Positions 17,832 to 27,134 of a DNA stretch of 64,000 bases are shown here, one piece after another. The DNA comes from Rhodoferax sp. (GTDB lineage: Bacteria > Pseudomonadota > Gammaproteobacteria > Burkholderiales > Burkholderiaceae_C). Made by a program: the position numbers and the translations under genes. Each line of letters begins with the position of its first letter. Position 1 is the stretch's first letter. The notes beneath the pieces are model-generated. The model ran no database searches. It saw only the letters and a program-made list of their open reading frames with translations, and was not told the DNA's origin. Location of the stretch: contig JANNKH010000114.1 in NCBI GenBank assembly GCA_031396205.1, positions 14,083 to 78,082 on the forward strand, given 5' to 3'.

Positions 17832-18757
17832 ATAGCCCTGCTCCATCCGCCACCAAGGAAAGCCTGCACGACTGGCTGATGTCCGAGCGCCCGCATTCGC
17901 GGCGCCAGGCATCGTTTGGGCGTGCCTATGGTGCCTGGCGCACCTTTGCGCGCAACCGGTTGGCCATGATCGGGCTGGCGATCGTCATCGCGCTGGTGCT
18001 GGTGGCGATCTTCGCCGACCAGTTGGCGCCGTATTCACCCTATATCGGCGACTTGCGCACCACCCGTCTGCTACCGCCGTCCAGTGCGCACTGGTTCGGC
18101 ACCGACGACCAGGGCCGCGACATTCTGTCACGCATCATCCACGGCTCGCGGATCACGTTGTATGTGGTCGCGCTGGTGGCCGTGCTGGCAGCGCCCATCG
18201 GCCTGGTGGTTGGCACGGTCGCGGGTTATGCAGGCGGCTGGCTCGACGCAACGCTGATGCGCATCACCGACATATTTCTGGCCTTCCCGCGCCTTATCCT
18301 GGCGCTGGCCTTCGTCGCCGCGCTCGGCCCCGGCATCGAGAATGCGGTGATCGCGATCGCCATCACCTCCTGGCCGCCCTATGCGCGCATCGCGCGCGCC
18401 GAAACGCTGACGATCCGCCAGGCCGACTACATCGCCGCCGTGCAGCTGATCGGCGCATCACCGTGGCGCATCGTGCTGCGCCACATCATGCCGCTATGCG
18501 TGTCCTCGGTCATCGTGCGCGTCACGCTGGACATGGCGGGCATCATCCTGACTGCCGCCGGCCTGGGTTTTCTGGGCCTTGGCGCGCAACCGCCGATGCC
18601 CGAATGGGGCGCGCTGATCGCCAACGGCCGACTGTACGTGCTGGACCAATGGTGGGTCGCTGCCGCGCCTGGCGCCGCGATCTTTCTGGTGTCACTGGCA
18701 TTCAACCTGCTCGGTGATGGCCTGCGTGATGCGCTGGATCCGAAAGGCGTCAAATGA
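17828..18757 (+). CDS. ABC peptide transporter permease (DppC-like)
   Basis: ATGA overlap with the upstream gene. HWFGTDDQGRDILSRIIHGSR and the IGASPWRIVLRHIMP motifs are present. Confidence 0.85.
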   Translation: MNSPAPSATKESLHDWLMSERPHSRRQASFGRAYGAWRTFARNRLAMIGLAIVIALVLVAIFADQLAPYSPYIGDLRTTRLLPPSSAHWFGTDDQGRDILSRIIHGSRITLYVVALVAVLAAPIGLVVGTVAGYAGGWLDATLMRITDIFLAFPRLILALAFVAALGPGIENAVIAIAITSWPPYARIARAETLTIRQADYIAAVQLIGASPWRIVLRHIMPLCVSSVIVRVTLDMAGIILTAAGLGFLGLGAQPPMPEWGALIANGRLYVLDQWWVAAAPGAAIFLVSLAFNLLGDGLRDALDPKGVK

Positions 18758-19923
18758 GCATCATCGACAAGGCCATGGCCAAGAAAGGTGATGCTGCGGA
18801 CCCGGAAGGCCTGTTACTAGGCGATAGGGCGATTGCCGTGCCCGCCGGCGCCGAAACGAACGACGCGACTGCATCGGCTCCGTCGGCCACGCCGCAGAAT
18901 GCGACCCTGCCGCCTGCCGCCGCGCCTGCCACAACGGCGACGCAGCAAACTGCCGCCCGCGCCGAGCCACCGCCTGCGCACCCGGTTGTCCATGCAAGAG
19001 CGTCTGAAGCCGCGCCAGCCAAGGCGACGCAAGCCGTTGCGCCCGAGCCCGGTCGGGCCGAGCCGACGTTTCGGACCGTACCGGCTCCGCGCCCGGTGTT
19101 GGTTGTCGATGACTTGCGGGTCTCGTTTCCCAACCGCGATGGCGGCCGCTTTGAGGCGGTGCGCGGCGTGTCGTTCACGCTGGGCCGTGAGCGGCTGGGC
19201 ATCGTCGGCGAATCCGGATCGGGTAAATCGCAGACCGGCCGCGCCATTCTCGGCCTGACGGCGCCGGAAGGGCGCGTCACGGCCAAGCGGCTGGAATTCC
19301 ACGGCACCGACCTGCTGAACTGCTCGGCCGGTGAGCGGCGCGACTTGCGCGGCGGGCGCATCGCGATGGTGCTGCAGGACCCCAAGTTTTCGCTCAATCC
19401 GGTCATGACGATCGGCGCCCAGGTGGTGGAAACGCTGCGGGCACACAGTCGCATCTCGGCCCGGGACGCGCGCGACAAGGCAATGGAGGCGCTGGCAGCT
19501 GTGCAGATCGACCAGCCGGATCGCGTCTTCAAGCTGTATCCGCACGAAGTCTCCGGTGGCATGGGACAGCGCGCGATGATCGCGATGATGCTGATCGCCG
19601 ACCCGGAATTGCTGATCGCCGACGAACCCACTTCGGCGCTGGACGTCACGGTGCAGCTACAGGTGCTGGCCATCCTGGACAAACTGGTGAGGGACCGCGG
19701 CATGGGCCTGATCTTCATCTCGCACGACCTGCGCCTGGTGTCGACCTTTTGCGACCGCATCCTGGTGATGTACGCCGGCAAGGTGGTCGAGGAGGTGTCA
19801 TCGGGCGCGCTGGCCGATGCCAGGCATCCCTACACCCGCGGGCTGCTCAATTGCCTGCCCAAACTGGCCGACGACCGGCATCCGCTGCCGACGCTGGACC
19901 GCAGGCCGGAGTGGGCATTGTGA
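18754..19923 (+). CDS. ABC peptide transporter ATP-binding protein (DppD-like) with a possible 114-codon Ala/Pro-rich N-terminal extension
   Basis: Walker A GESGSGKS, signature VSGGMGQR, Walker B LLIADEPTSALD. ATG 18754 overlaps the dppC-like stop as ATGA. An alternative internal GTG sits at 19096, just before the conserved LVVDDLRVSF. Confidence 0.8.
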   Translation: MSIIDKAMAKKGDAADPEGLLLGDRAIAVPAGAETNDATASAPSATPQNATLPPAAAPATTATQQTAARAEPPPAHPVVHARASEAAPAKATQAVAPEPGRAEPTFRTVPAPRPVLVVDDLRVSFPNRDGGRFEAVRGVSFTLGRERLGIVGESGSGKSQTGRAILGLTAPEGRVTAKRLEFHGTDLLNCSAGERRDLRGGRIAMVLQDPKFSLNPVMTIGAQVVETLRAHSRISARDARDKAMEALAAVQIDQPDRVFKLYPHEVSGGMGQRAMIAMMLIADPELLIADEPTSALDVTVQLQVLAILDKLVRDRGMGLIFISHDLRLVSTFCDRILVMYAGKVVEEVSSGALADARHPYTRGLLNCLPKLADDRHPLPTLDRRPEWAL

Positions 19924-20723
19924 ACATCGATCCCATGCTGGACCCGCACCCGCTGGAAGCGGTCGGGCTGGAGGCACAGCACCTGCGCGTGGTGTATGAC
20001 GGATTCGTCGCGGTCGACGACACATCGCTGCGGGTCGCACCGGGCGAGAGTTTCGGTATCGTCGGCGAATCCGGTTCCGGCAAATCCACCGTGCTGCGCG
20101 CGATTTGTGGCCTGGCGCCCTTGGCCTCCGGATCGGTACAACTGATCGGCGGCAGCGGGCTGCACTTGCCCCCGCCGGGCAGCAAATCGTTTCGTCGATT
20201 GGTGCAGATGGTGTTCCAGGACCCATACGGTTCGCTGCATCCGCGCCAGACCGTCGACCGTATCCTGGCCGAGCCGCTGGCCATCCACAGCATAGGGGAT
20301 GCCGAAATGCGCATCGAACGCGCGCTGGACGAGGTCGGACTGGGCACCGGTTTCCGCTTTCGCTATCCGCACCAACTCTCTGGCGGCCAGCGCCAGCGCA
20401 TCGCGATTGCGCGCGCGCTGATCCTCGAGCCGCAGATCATGCTGCTCGACGAACCGACCTCGGCGCTGGACGCATCGGTGCAAGCCGAAGTGCTGAACCT
20501 GCTCGAAGATCTGCGCCGCAAGCGGGGCCTGACCTTCATCATGGTCAGCCACGACCTGGCCGTGGTGACCCACATGTGCGAGCAGTTGATGGTGATGCAG
20601 CGCGGCCAGACAGTGGAGTTGTTGTCCAGCGCCGATCTGGCGACCCACACGGTCCAGGAAGACTACACCCGCAGGCTGATGGAGGCCTCGGGCGGGTTCA
20701 ACCGCGACGCTGTTGGCGCCTGA
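19920..20723 (+). CDS. ABC peptide transporter ATP-binding protein (DppF-like)
   Basis: GTGA overlap with the upstream stop (ATG 19935 is the alternative). GESGSGKST, LSGGQRQR and LLDEPTSALD are present. Confidence 0.85.
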   Translation: MNIDPMLDPHPLEAVGLEAQHLRVVYDGFVAVDDTSLRVAPGESFGIVGESGSGKSTVLRAICGLAPLASGSVQLIGGSGLHLPPPGSKSFRRLVQMVFQDPYGSLHPRQTVDRILAEPLAIHSIGDAEMRIERALDEVGLGTGFRFRYPHQLSGGQRQRIAIARALILEPQIMLLDEPTSALDASVQAEVLNLLEDLRRKRGLTFIMVSHDLAVVTHMCEQLMVMQRGQTVELLSSADLATHTVQEDYTRRLMEASGGFNRDAVGA

Positions 20724-20877
20724 GTCCGCGGGCGGTCGAGGCGCGGCACGCCTCTGGCGCACGGTGCTGGCGCCAATCCTTGTCGAGCCACCAGACAATT
20801 ACCGCATGAGATGATTGCGCAACGACCACAGCCCAACCGCTGACCATCCGATCAACCGACCACCAAAGAAGCGCACC

Positions 20878-21843
20878 ATGATCCACTGGGAAGCCCACGC
20901 CTGCCTGCCGCTGCATCCGCATGCCGACTTCGCACCGATCGCCCGCTTGCATGCCGCCGGCGTGCATTACGTGTCGATCAACATCGGCATGGACATGAAC
21001 CCGCTGGCGCAGGTGATGGCAGTCATCGCCGGGTTCCGCGCCGCCATTGCGGCGAGTCCCGACATCTATGTCCTGGCCGACACCGTGGCCGACATCACGC
21101 GCGCCAGGTCTGAGGGCAAGCTGGCGATCGGCTTCGATCTGGAGGGTGCGATGCCGCTGCTCGACCAACCCGAGATGGTCGGGCTGTACCAGAGTCTGGG
21201 GGTACGCCAGATGCACCTGGCCTACAACCGCAACAACAGCGTCGCCGGCGGTTGCCATGACATCGTCCAGGGCCTGACACCGCTGGGCCACAAGATCGTC
21301 GCGGCCATCAATGCCGCCGGCGTGTTGATGGACTGCTCGCACACCGGCCGGCGCTGCAGCCTGGACATCATGGCGGCCTCCAGCGCACCGGTGATATTCA
21401 GCCATTCCAACCCGTTCGCACTGGTCGAGCACGGCCGCAACGTGACCGACGAGCAGATCAAGGCCAGCGCGGCAACCGGGGGCGTCATCTGCGTCTCGGG
21501 TGTCTCTATCTTCCTCGGTACCCGCGAACCGGGCGCCGATGATGTGGCCCGCCACGCCGCCTATGTGGCAGACCTGGTCGGCGTTGAACACGCCGGCATC
21601 GGACTGGATATCAGCTTTAGCCAGCCCGAACTCGACGACACTCCGCCCGGTGCTCACGACCCCACTTACTGGTGGCCCAAGGCGGCCGGTTATGACCGTG
21701 CAATTACGCGTTCAAGCTATCCGCCAATCGAGAGCTGGCGCGAGTTGCCGGCGGCGCTGCAGCGCACCGGCATGACAGCCGATGAAGCGGCGCTGGTCAT
21801 GGGCGGCAACATGATGCGGGTGGCGGGGCAGGTTTGGCGCTAA
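20878..21843 (+). CDS. Peptidase M19 family dipeptidase
   Basis: Within ORF 20815..21843; start at ATG 20878. FDLEGA, MHLAYNRNN, DCSHTG and IFSHSN blocks are typical of renal-dipeptidase-like enzymes. Confidence 0.75.
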   Translation: MIHWEAHACLPLHPHADFAPIARLHAAGVHYVSINIGMDMNPLAQVMAVIAGFRAAIAASPDIYVLADTVADITRARSEGKLAIGFDLEGAMPLLDQPEMVGLYQSLGVRQMHLAYNRNNSVAGGCHDIVQGLTPLGHKIVAAINAAGVLMDCSHTGRRCSLDIMAASSAPVIFSHSNPFALVEHGRNVTDEQIKASAATGGVICVSGVSIFLGTREPGADDVARHAAYVADLVGVEHAGIGLDISFSQPELDDTPPGAHDPTYWWPKAAGYDRAITRSSYPPIESWRELPAALQRTGMTADEAALVMGGNMMRVAGQVWR

Positions 21844-21922
21844 ATGCGCGACCGCCCCCGCGGTGCGGCCGTTGAACGCCACGAACTGACGACCACCAGC
21901 ACCGTGGTGGCCCTTCGATCGA

Positions 21923-22687
21923 TCAGCGCTGGCGCGACGACGACCGGCGGACCAGGGAGCCGACCGTCATGAGACCGGCCAGCAACATGGCATAGGTTTC
22001 CGGCTCCGGCACCGGCGCCATGACGGCGAACGCCACGTTGTCGTAGAAGGTGCCCGATGCGATGTCATTGGTCGCCGTGGCGGCAAAACCGAACTGAAAC
22101 AACTGCCCGACAAGCGGGGCATCGACCGCCAGTGAAACCGAGTAGCGATTCCAATCCGACGAGATCACGGCCATATCCAGCGGAACGTAATTGGTGGTTG
22201 CAAAACCGGCGCTGGGATTGAGCGTCTTGATGAATGCGAACGCGGTTGAGGCGCCTGTGAGGTCACCGTGCTTGGCGTCGAACTGGAAATTCCATGTTTT
22301 CCCGACGTCTGCTGCGCCGATGGACTGCTCCTGGAACACCAGGGCCTCGACTTTCTTGCCGGTCGTCTGAGCAGCGCGGTTGTTGTAGTCGCTATAGACG
22401 ACCAGTTGCTGGTTTCCTTGCGCCGCCCCGCCCTGTGCGCTGGCGATTGAACTGAAACCCGGAGTGCCGTTGGGCGCAGCGAACACACCATACCCACCGA
22501 CATAACTTCCGTCCGGGTTGAATACATTGCCAAAAATTTTCCAGCCGTCGTCGCCCAAGGCGGTCGGGCTGGCCTGGGCCAGGGTCTCGAAATTCTGGCT
22601 GTAGGCCGACAGGGCAGCGTGGCTCGACAGCGAGGTGGTCAGCAAGAGGGCGAGCGCCGCCAAAGGTGCACCGTTGTGCAATTTCAT
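21923..22687 (-). CDS. PEP-CTERM sorting-domain secreted protein
   Basis: Start at ATG 22687, preceded by AAGGAGAC. Signal peptide MKLHNGAPLAALALLLTTSLSSHA. The C-terminus VPEPETYAMLLAGLMTVGSLVRRSSSRQR gives PEP, TM and Arg-rich tail. Confidence 0.85.
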   Translation of the reverse strand: MKLHNGAPLAALALLLTTSLSSHAALSAYSQNFETLAQASPTALGDDGWKIFGNVFNPDGSYVGGYGVFAAPNGTPGFSSIASAQGGAAQGNQQLVVYSDYNNRAAQTTGKKVEALVFQEQSIGAADVGKTWNFQFDAKHGDLTGASTAFAFIKTLNPSAGFATTNYVPLDMAVISSDWNRYSVSLAVDAPLVGQLFQFGFAATATNDIASGTFYDNVAFAVMAPVPEPETYAMLLAGLMTVGSLVRRSSSRQR

Positions 22688-22744
22688 GATGATGTCTCCT
22701 TGAGTCAAAAGGTTGAGCAGGCGGTCTGAAGCCACAGCCCCTGA

Positions 22745-22777
22745 TTTCTGAAAGGGCTTTCTGAAAGCGCTTTCAGA
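22745..22777. promoter_or_regulatory. Perfect 18-bp palindrome TCTGAAAGCGCTTTCAGA plus an upstream direct copy of TTTCTGAAAG, in the PEP-CTERM gene leader/promoter
   Basis: Read directly. The palindrome is at 22760-22777 and TTTCTGAAAG is at 22745-22754 and 22758-22767. These lie 58-90 nt upstream of the start at 22687. A further pair of AACCCTAGG repeats is at 22823-22831 and 22836-22844. Confidence 0.5.
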
Positions 22778-23175
22778 TTGCACAACTAGTCTATCCGCGT
22801 TTGCCGGGTATGGCAACCTGTGAACCCTAGGGGGAAACCCTAGGAAGCTGTCGGGCTTTGGGCGCTGAAAGTGTGCACCGACACCCCAGCGAGGACGTTT
22901 TTTTGCCGGATTTGCAGTCCCATGGCCCTGCTATGGAACAAAAAGACGATGTGCTCTACGAGCGACGTAGCCAAATATGAACCGCTGCAGTCGGCTCGCA
23001 GCCGGCGACTCCCAAGCCCGACAGGCCAACGGTCATCGCGCCGGAACGAACTGCCATCCACTCCCGTACGGGAAAACTTAGCGATCGAACGACGCCAGGC
23101 CTGGCGCGGCGCGTATGGGCTCCCTCCGGCCAAACTGTGCCGACCACAACAGCGTGTGGCAGGCGAAAATGAACC

Positions 23176-23634
23176 ATGCTGGCTTTCCCCGACATCCGCC
23201 TGGCGACGTCTGCGCAAGCGCGGGATATCGCGCGCATGTCGCGCGATTGCATCGAGCATGGACTGGGCTGGAGCTGGACCGTGCCGCGGGTGACCCATGC
23301 CCTGCGCGACCCGGCCACCAATGTGGTGGTCGCATGCAAGTGCGGGCTACTGCTGGGCTTCGGCGTCATGCAGTACCGCGACAACAGCGCGCATCTGGCA
23401 CTGTTGGCCGTGCAGCCCGTCATGCGCCACCAGGGTTTGGGCAGGCAGCTGGTGGACTGGCTGGAGCGGTCGGCCCGGATAGCCGGCATCAGCACCATCG
23501 GGCTGGAATGCCGGGCCGACAACCGCAACGCGATTGCGTTCTACCAGCGGCTGGGATATCGCCAGGTCGGCAGCAGCGTCGGTTATTACGACGGCCGCAT
23601 CGATGCGGCACGGCTGGAAAAGTCCCTGACCTGA
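23176..23634 (+). CDS. GNAT family N-acetyltransferase (RimI-like)
   Basis: 152-aa ORF. LLAVQPVMRHQGLGRQLVDWLE...NRNAIAFYQRLGY. Confidence 0.8.
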   Translation: MLAFPDIRLATSAQARDIARMSRDCIEHGLGWSWTVPRVTHALRDPATNVVVACKCGLLLGFGVMQYRDNSAHLALLAVQPVMRHQGLGRQLVDWLERSARIAGISTIGLECRADNRNAIAFYQRLGYRQVGSSVGYYDGRIDAARLEKSLT

Positions 23635-23739
23635 CCGGCGGTACCGGCCGCTTCGGTCAACCGGGTTCGTCGACGCCGGGGCATGCCCATCGCGAATGCG
23701 GACCGGCCACGGGCATTGCGACTGGACACGGGCATTCCA

Positions 23740-24657
23740 TCAGCGGCCCCGGTTGCTGCGCGACTGTTCCCGCGCCAGTTCGATGAACTCGGTCACCACC
23801 GGCCGGATGCGCGAGCCGCGCCGCCATACCAGGCCGACATCGATGCTGGGCACGGCGTCACGCAGGCTGCGCACCTCGATGTGTGTCGCGTCCAGCGTCC
23901 AGGGGCGGTACAGGAAGTCGGGCAGGACGGTGATGCCCGCGCCCATGCCGACCAGGGACCGCACTGCCTCCAGCGAAGAGGTGCGCATCAGCACCTGCGG
24001 ATGCAGGCCGTGGCGCGCCCACAGTGCATTGAGCACGCTCTCGACCCGGTCCGCTTCGAGCACGATCTGCGGATGGCTGGCGCATTCGGCCAGCGTCAGT
24101 TCCGGCCCTTGCGCCATCGGGTGGTTCGACGCCATCCAGACCCGGTTCGGTGAGCTGGTCAATTCCTCGACCACCAGCGCCTGCGGGTCCCCCAATGCGT
24201 TGGACACCATGATGGCCAGGTCCACCTCGCCATTGATCAGCAGATGCTCCAGAAACTGGGGCGAGTCCTCCACCACCGAAATATTGACCGACGGATGCGA
24301 GCGCTGGAATCGGGCGAACAGGTCGGCCAAGTAGTAGCCGGCCACCAGACTGGTCACGCCCAGCGTCAGGTTGCCGCTCAGGGCTTCCACCTTGCCGCGT
24401 GTCACCTGGGCCGCTTCGGCAGCGGCCGCCAGCACCTTGCGCGCGCTGGCCTGGAAGCGGTAGCCCTCCTGCGTCAACACCATGCCCCTGGAGGTGCGCT
24501 CGAATAGCCGCACGCCCAGCGACTCCTCCAGTTCCTGCACGCTTTTGGTGACCGCCGACTGCGCGATATTGATCATCCGGGCAGCCCCGGCCACCGAGGT
24601 CGTCTCGGACACCGCGAGGAAATAGCGGAACTGCTTGAGCGTGATATGGCGCTGCAT
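23740..24657 (-). CDS. LysR family transcriptional regulator
   Basis: 305-aa ORF. N-terminal HTH LKQFRYFLAVSETTSVAGAARMINIAQSAVTKSVQELEESLGVRLFERT. Confidence 0.9.
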   Translation of the reverse strand: MQRHITLKQFRYFLAVSETTSVAGAARMINIAQSAVTKSVQELEESLGVRLFERTSRGMVLTQEGYRFQASARKVLAAAAEAAQVTRGKVEALSGNLTLGVTSLVAGYYLADLFARFQRSHPSVNISVVEDSPQFLEHLLINGEVDLAIMVSNALGDPQALVVEELTSSPNRVWMASNHPMAQGPELTLAECASHPQIVLEADRVESVLNALWARHGLHPQVLMRTSSLEAVRSLVGMGAGITVLPDFLYRPWTLDATHIEVRSLRDAVPSIDVGLVWRRGSRIRPVVTEFIELAREQSRSNRGR

Positions 24658-24704
24658 CGGTCTGGGCTTGTCCGGCTATCGAAAAATATTCGGGTTTTCC
24701 CTGA

Positions 24705-24723
24705 CTATCTATTAACTAGATAG
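24705..24723. promoter_or_regulatory. Dyad CTATCTAttaacTAGATAG in the LysR/ydcS divergent intergenic region (candidate LysR box)
   Basis: Perfect 7-bp inverted arms with a 5-nt spacer, 48 nt upstream of the LysR start and about 120 nt upstream of ydcS. Confidence 0.5.
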
Positions 24724-24845
24724 AGAGGGCATCGAATATTGAACTTCCCGCCATTGACCGTCAAGCCTATATTGGCGGCCACCCGGCGCGTTCGGCACAA
24801 GGGAGAGCCCCGCCGGACTTCAATCAACCCCAACGGAGTGCAACG

Positions 24846-26006
24846 ATGAAATTCCTGAAACTTGCGACGATCGCGATCGGTATCGCGGCTTTTGGCAGCG
24901 CCAGCCTGGCGCAAAAAGCCCTGCAAAAACTGGGCAAAGGTGAGGGCCAGGTCGATATCGTGGCCTGGGCGGGCTACATCGAGCGCGGTGCCACCGACAA
25001 GGCCTTCGATTGGGTGACCGATTTCGAGAAAGCCAGTGGCTGCAAGGTCAACGTCAAGACCGCCGGCACCTCCGACGAGATGGTGGCGCTGATGAACGAA
25101 GGCGGCTTCGACCTGGTGACGGCATCGGGCGATGCCAGCACCCGACTGATCCGCGGCAAGCGGGTCCAACCCATCAACGTGGGCCTGATTCCCAGCTACA
25201 AGAACGTCGATCAGCGGTTGCAAAAAGCGCCGTGGCATTTCGAGAACAACGCCCATTATGGTGTGCCGTACCAATGGGGCTGGAACATCCTGATGTACAA
25301 CACCAAGGTTTTTGGCGACAAGAAACCCACCAGTTGGAGCGTGGTGTTCGAAGAGCAGACTCTTCCGGACGGCAAGAGCAACAAGGGCCGGGTACAGGCC
25401 TTTGACGGCGCCATTCACATTGCCGACGCCGCGCTGTACCTGATGAAGAAGAATCCTGCGCTGGGCATCAAGGACCCCTACGAACTCAACGAGGCCCAAT
25501 ATAAGGCCGCGCTGGATCTGCTGCGCGGCCAGCGCAAACTGGTCGGCAAATACTGGCACGACGCGTTTGTGCAGATCGACGACTTCACTAACGAAGGCGT
25601 CGTCGCCTCGGGTAGCTGGCAATTCCAGGCCAACATCCTGGGATCCAAAAAAGTGCCTGTCGCAACCGTCGTGCCGGTCGAGGGTGCCACTGGCTGGGCC
25701 GACTCGACCATGATGCATGCCGAGGCCAAGCATCCGAACTGCGCCTATATGTGGCTGGAACATTCGCTCAATCCCAAGCTGCAGGGTGACCTGTCGGCCT
25801 GGTTTGGCTCCGTGCCGGCCGTGCCCGCGGCCTGCAAGGGCAACAAGCTGCTGGGTGATGCCGGCTGCGACCGCCAGGGCTTCAAGGACTTCGAGCGCAT
25901 CTCGTTCTGGAAGACACCGACCAGCCAGTGCAAGACCCAGGACAACAAGTGTGTGCCTTACCACAAGTGGGCCTCTGACTACATCGCGATCCTTGGCGGG
26001 CGCTGA
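24846..26006 (+). CDS. ydcS: Polyamine-type ABC substrate-binding protein, YdcS orthologue
   Basis: 386-aa ORF with a signal peptide. Long colinear similarity to E. coli YdcS as I recall it (DIVAWAGYIERG..DWVT.FEK..GC.VNVKTA.TSDEMV.LM..GG.DLVTASGDAS.RLI.GKRVQPIN). Confidence 0.85.
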   Translation: MKFLKLATIAIGIAAFGSASLAQKALQKLGKGEGQVDIVAWAGYIERGATDKAFDWVTDFEKASGCKVNVKTAGTSDEMVALMNEGGFDLVTASGDASTRLIRGKRVQPINVGLIPSYKNVDQRLQKAPWHFENNAHYGVPYQWGWNILMYNTKVFGDKKPTSWSVVFEEQTLPDGKSNKGRVQAFDGAIHIADAALYLMKKNPALGIKDPYELNEAQYKAALDLLRGQRKLVGKYWHDAFVQIDDFTNEGVVASGSWQFQANILGSKKVPVATVVPVEGATGWADSTMMHAEAKHPNCAYMWLEHSLNPKLQGDLSAWFGSVPAVPAACKGNKLLGDAGCDRQGFKDFERISFWKTPTSQCKTQDNKCVPYHKWASDYIAILGGR

Positions 26007-26087
26007 GGCCGGCTGGCTGGCGGAGCCCGGGTCAGCCAGCCCCGCGTTCCAGAAGGTGGCTCCGAGGTCGCACGACAAGGCCGTTCG

Positions 26088-27134
26088 ATGACCGCAGCCG
26101 TCGCCCTGCACGCGGTATCGTGCCTGTTTCGATCCGGTAACAAAAAGTCGGTGCTGGCGGTCGATCGGGTCTCGCTGGAGGTCGAACCGGGTGAGTTCTT
26201 TACCTTGCTGGGACCATCGGGGTCGGGCAAGACCACCTGCCTGCGCATGATCGGCGGCTTCACGCTGCCCACCAGCGGCAGCATCACCATCGACGGCGCC
26301 GACATGAGCCGCCACCCGCCCTACGCGCGTCCGGTCAACACGGTGTTCCAGGACTATGCGCTGTTTCCGCACATGTCGATTCTGGACAACGTCGCCTATG
26401 CGCTGATGGTGCGCGGCGTCGATCGCACCCAGCGCGAGCGGCGCGCCCACGCATTGCTGGAGACCGTTCAATTGCCCGATGTAGCGCAGCGCAAGCCGGT
26501 CCAGCTATCGGGCGGGCAACGCCAGCGGGTGGCGCTGGCCAGGGCCTTGATCAGCGAGCCCAAGGTGCTGCTGCTCGACGAGCCGCTCGGTGCGTTGGAC
26601 CTCAAGCTGCGCGAGCAATTGCAAAGTGAACTCAAGAGCCTGCAGCGCAAACTGGGCATCACCTTCATCTTCGTCACGCATGACCAGCATGAGGCCTTGT
26701 CGATGAGCGACCGCATCGGCGTGTTCAACAACGGGCGCATCGAGCAGATCGCATCAGCCGCCGATCTGTACAACCGGCCAAAGACCCGCTTCGTGGCGGA
26801 GTTTGTTGGCGCCACCAATGTGCTGCGGGGCCCTCATGCGCTGAGATTCGGCACGGCGCCCGCGATCATGATCCGGCCCGAGCAGATCACGCTGCAGTGG
26901 GGCACCGAGCCCACCGATCGTGTGGCCGTGCGCGCCAGCGGGGTGGTGCAGGAGGTGCAGTTCTTCGGCTCGTTCTCGCGCGTGCGGGTGCAGTTGCCGC
27001 ACGACGGTGCGGTATTGCAGGTCGACGTGCCGGTGCGGGGCAACCCGCGCATGGCGCAGGTCGGCGATGCGGCCCATCTGTCCTGGGCCGATGCGGCGAT
27101 CCACCCGATCAACGACGATCCGACGCCGCCATGA
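26088..27134 (+). CDS. ydcT: ABC ATP-binding protein (PotA/YdcT-like)
   Basis: GPSGSGKTT, LSGGQRQRVALARAL and LLLDEPLGALD, with a C-terminal TOBE-like region. Confidence 0.85.
   Translation: MTAAVALHAVSCLFRSGNKKSVLAVDRVSLEVEPGEFFTLLGPSGSGKTTCLRMIGGFTLPTSGSITIDGADMSRHPPYARPVNTVFQDYALFPHMSILDNVAYALMVRGVDRTQRERRAHALLETVQLPDVAQRKPVQLSGGQRQRVALARALISEPKVLLLDEPLGALDLKLREQLQSELKSLQRKLGITFIFVTHDQHEALSMSDRIGVFNNGRIEQIASAADLYNRPKTRFVAEFVGATNVLRGPHALRFGTAPAIMIRPEQITLQWGTEPTDRVAVRASGVVQEVQFFGSFSRVRVQLPHDGAVLQVDVPVRGNPRMAQVGDAAHLSWADAAIHPINDDPTPP

Noticed and set aside
21893-21910. Hairpin CCACCAgcaccgTGGTGG between the convergent dipeptidase and PEP-CTERM genes, as a bidirectional terminator.
   Set aside because: The stem is only 6 bp and there is no flanking T/A run. 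This is not enough to call a terminator.
22780-22830. Sigma-54-like elements (TTGCC ... TGGCAA) upstream of the PEP-CTERM gene.
   Set aside because: The order and spacing do not fit TGGCAC-N5-TTGC on the strand of the gene.
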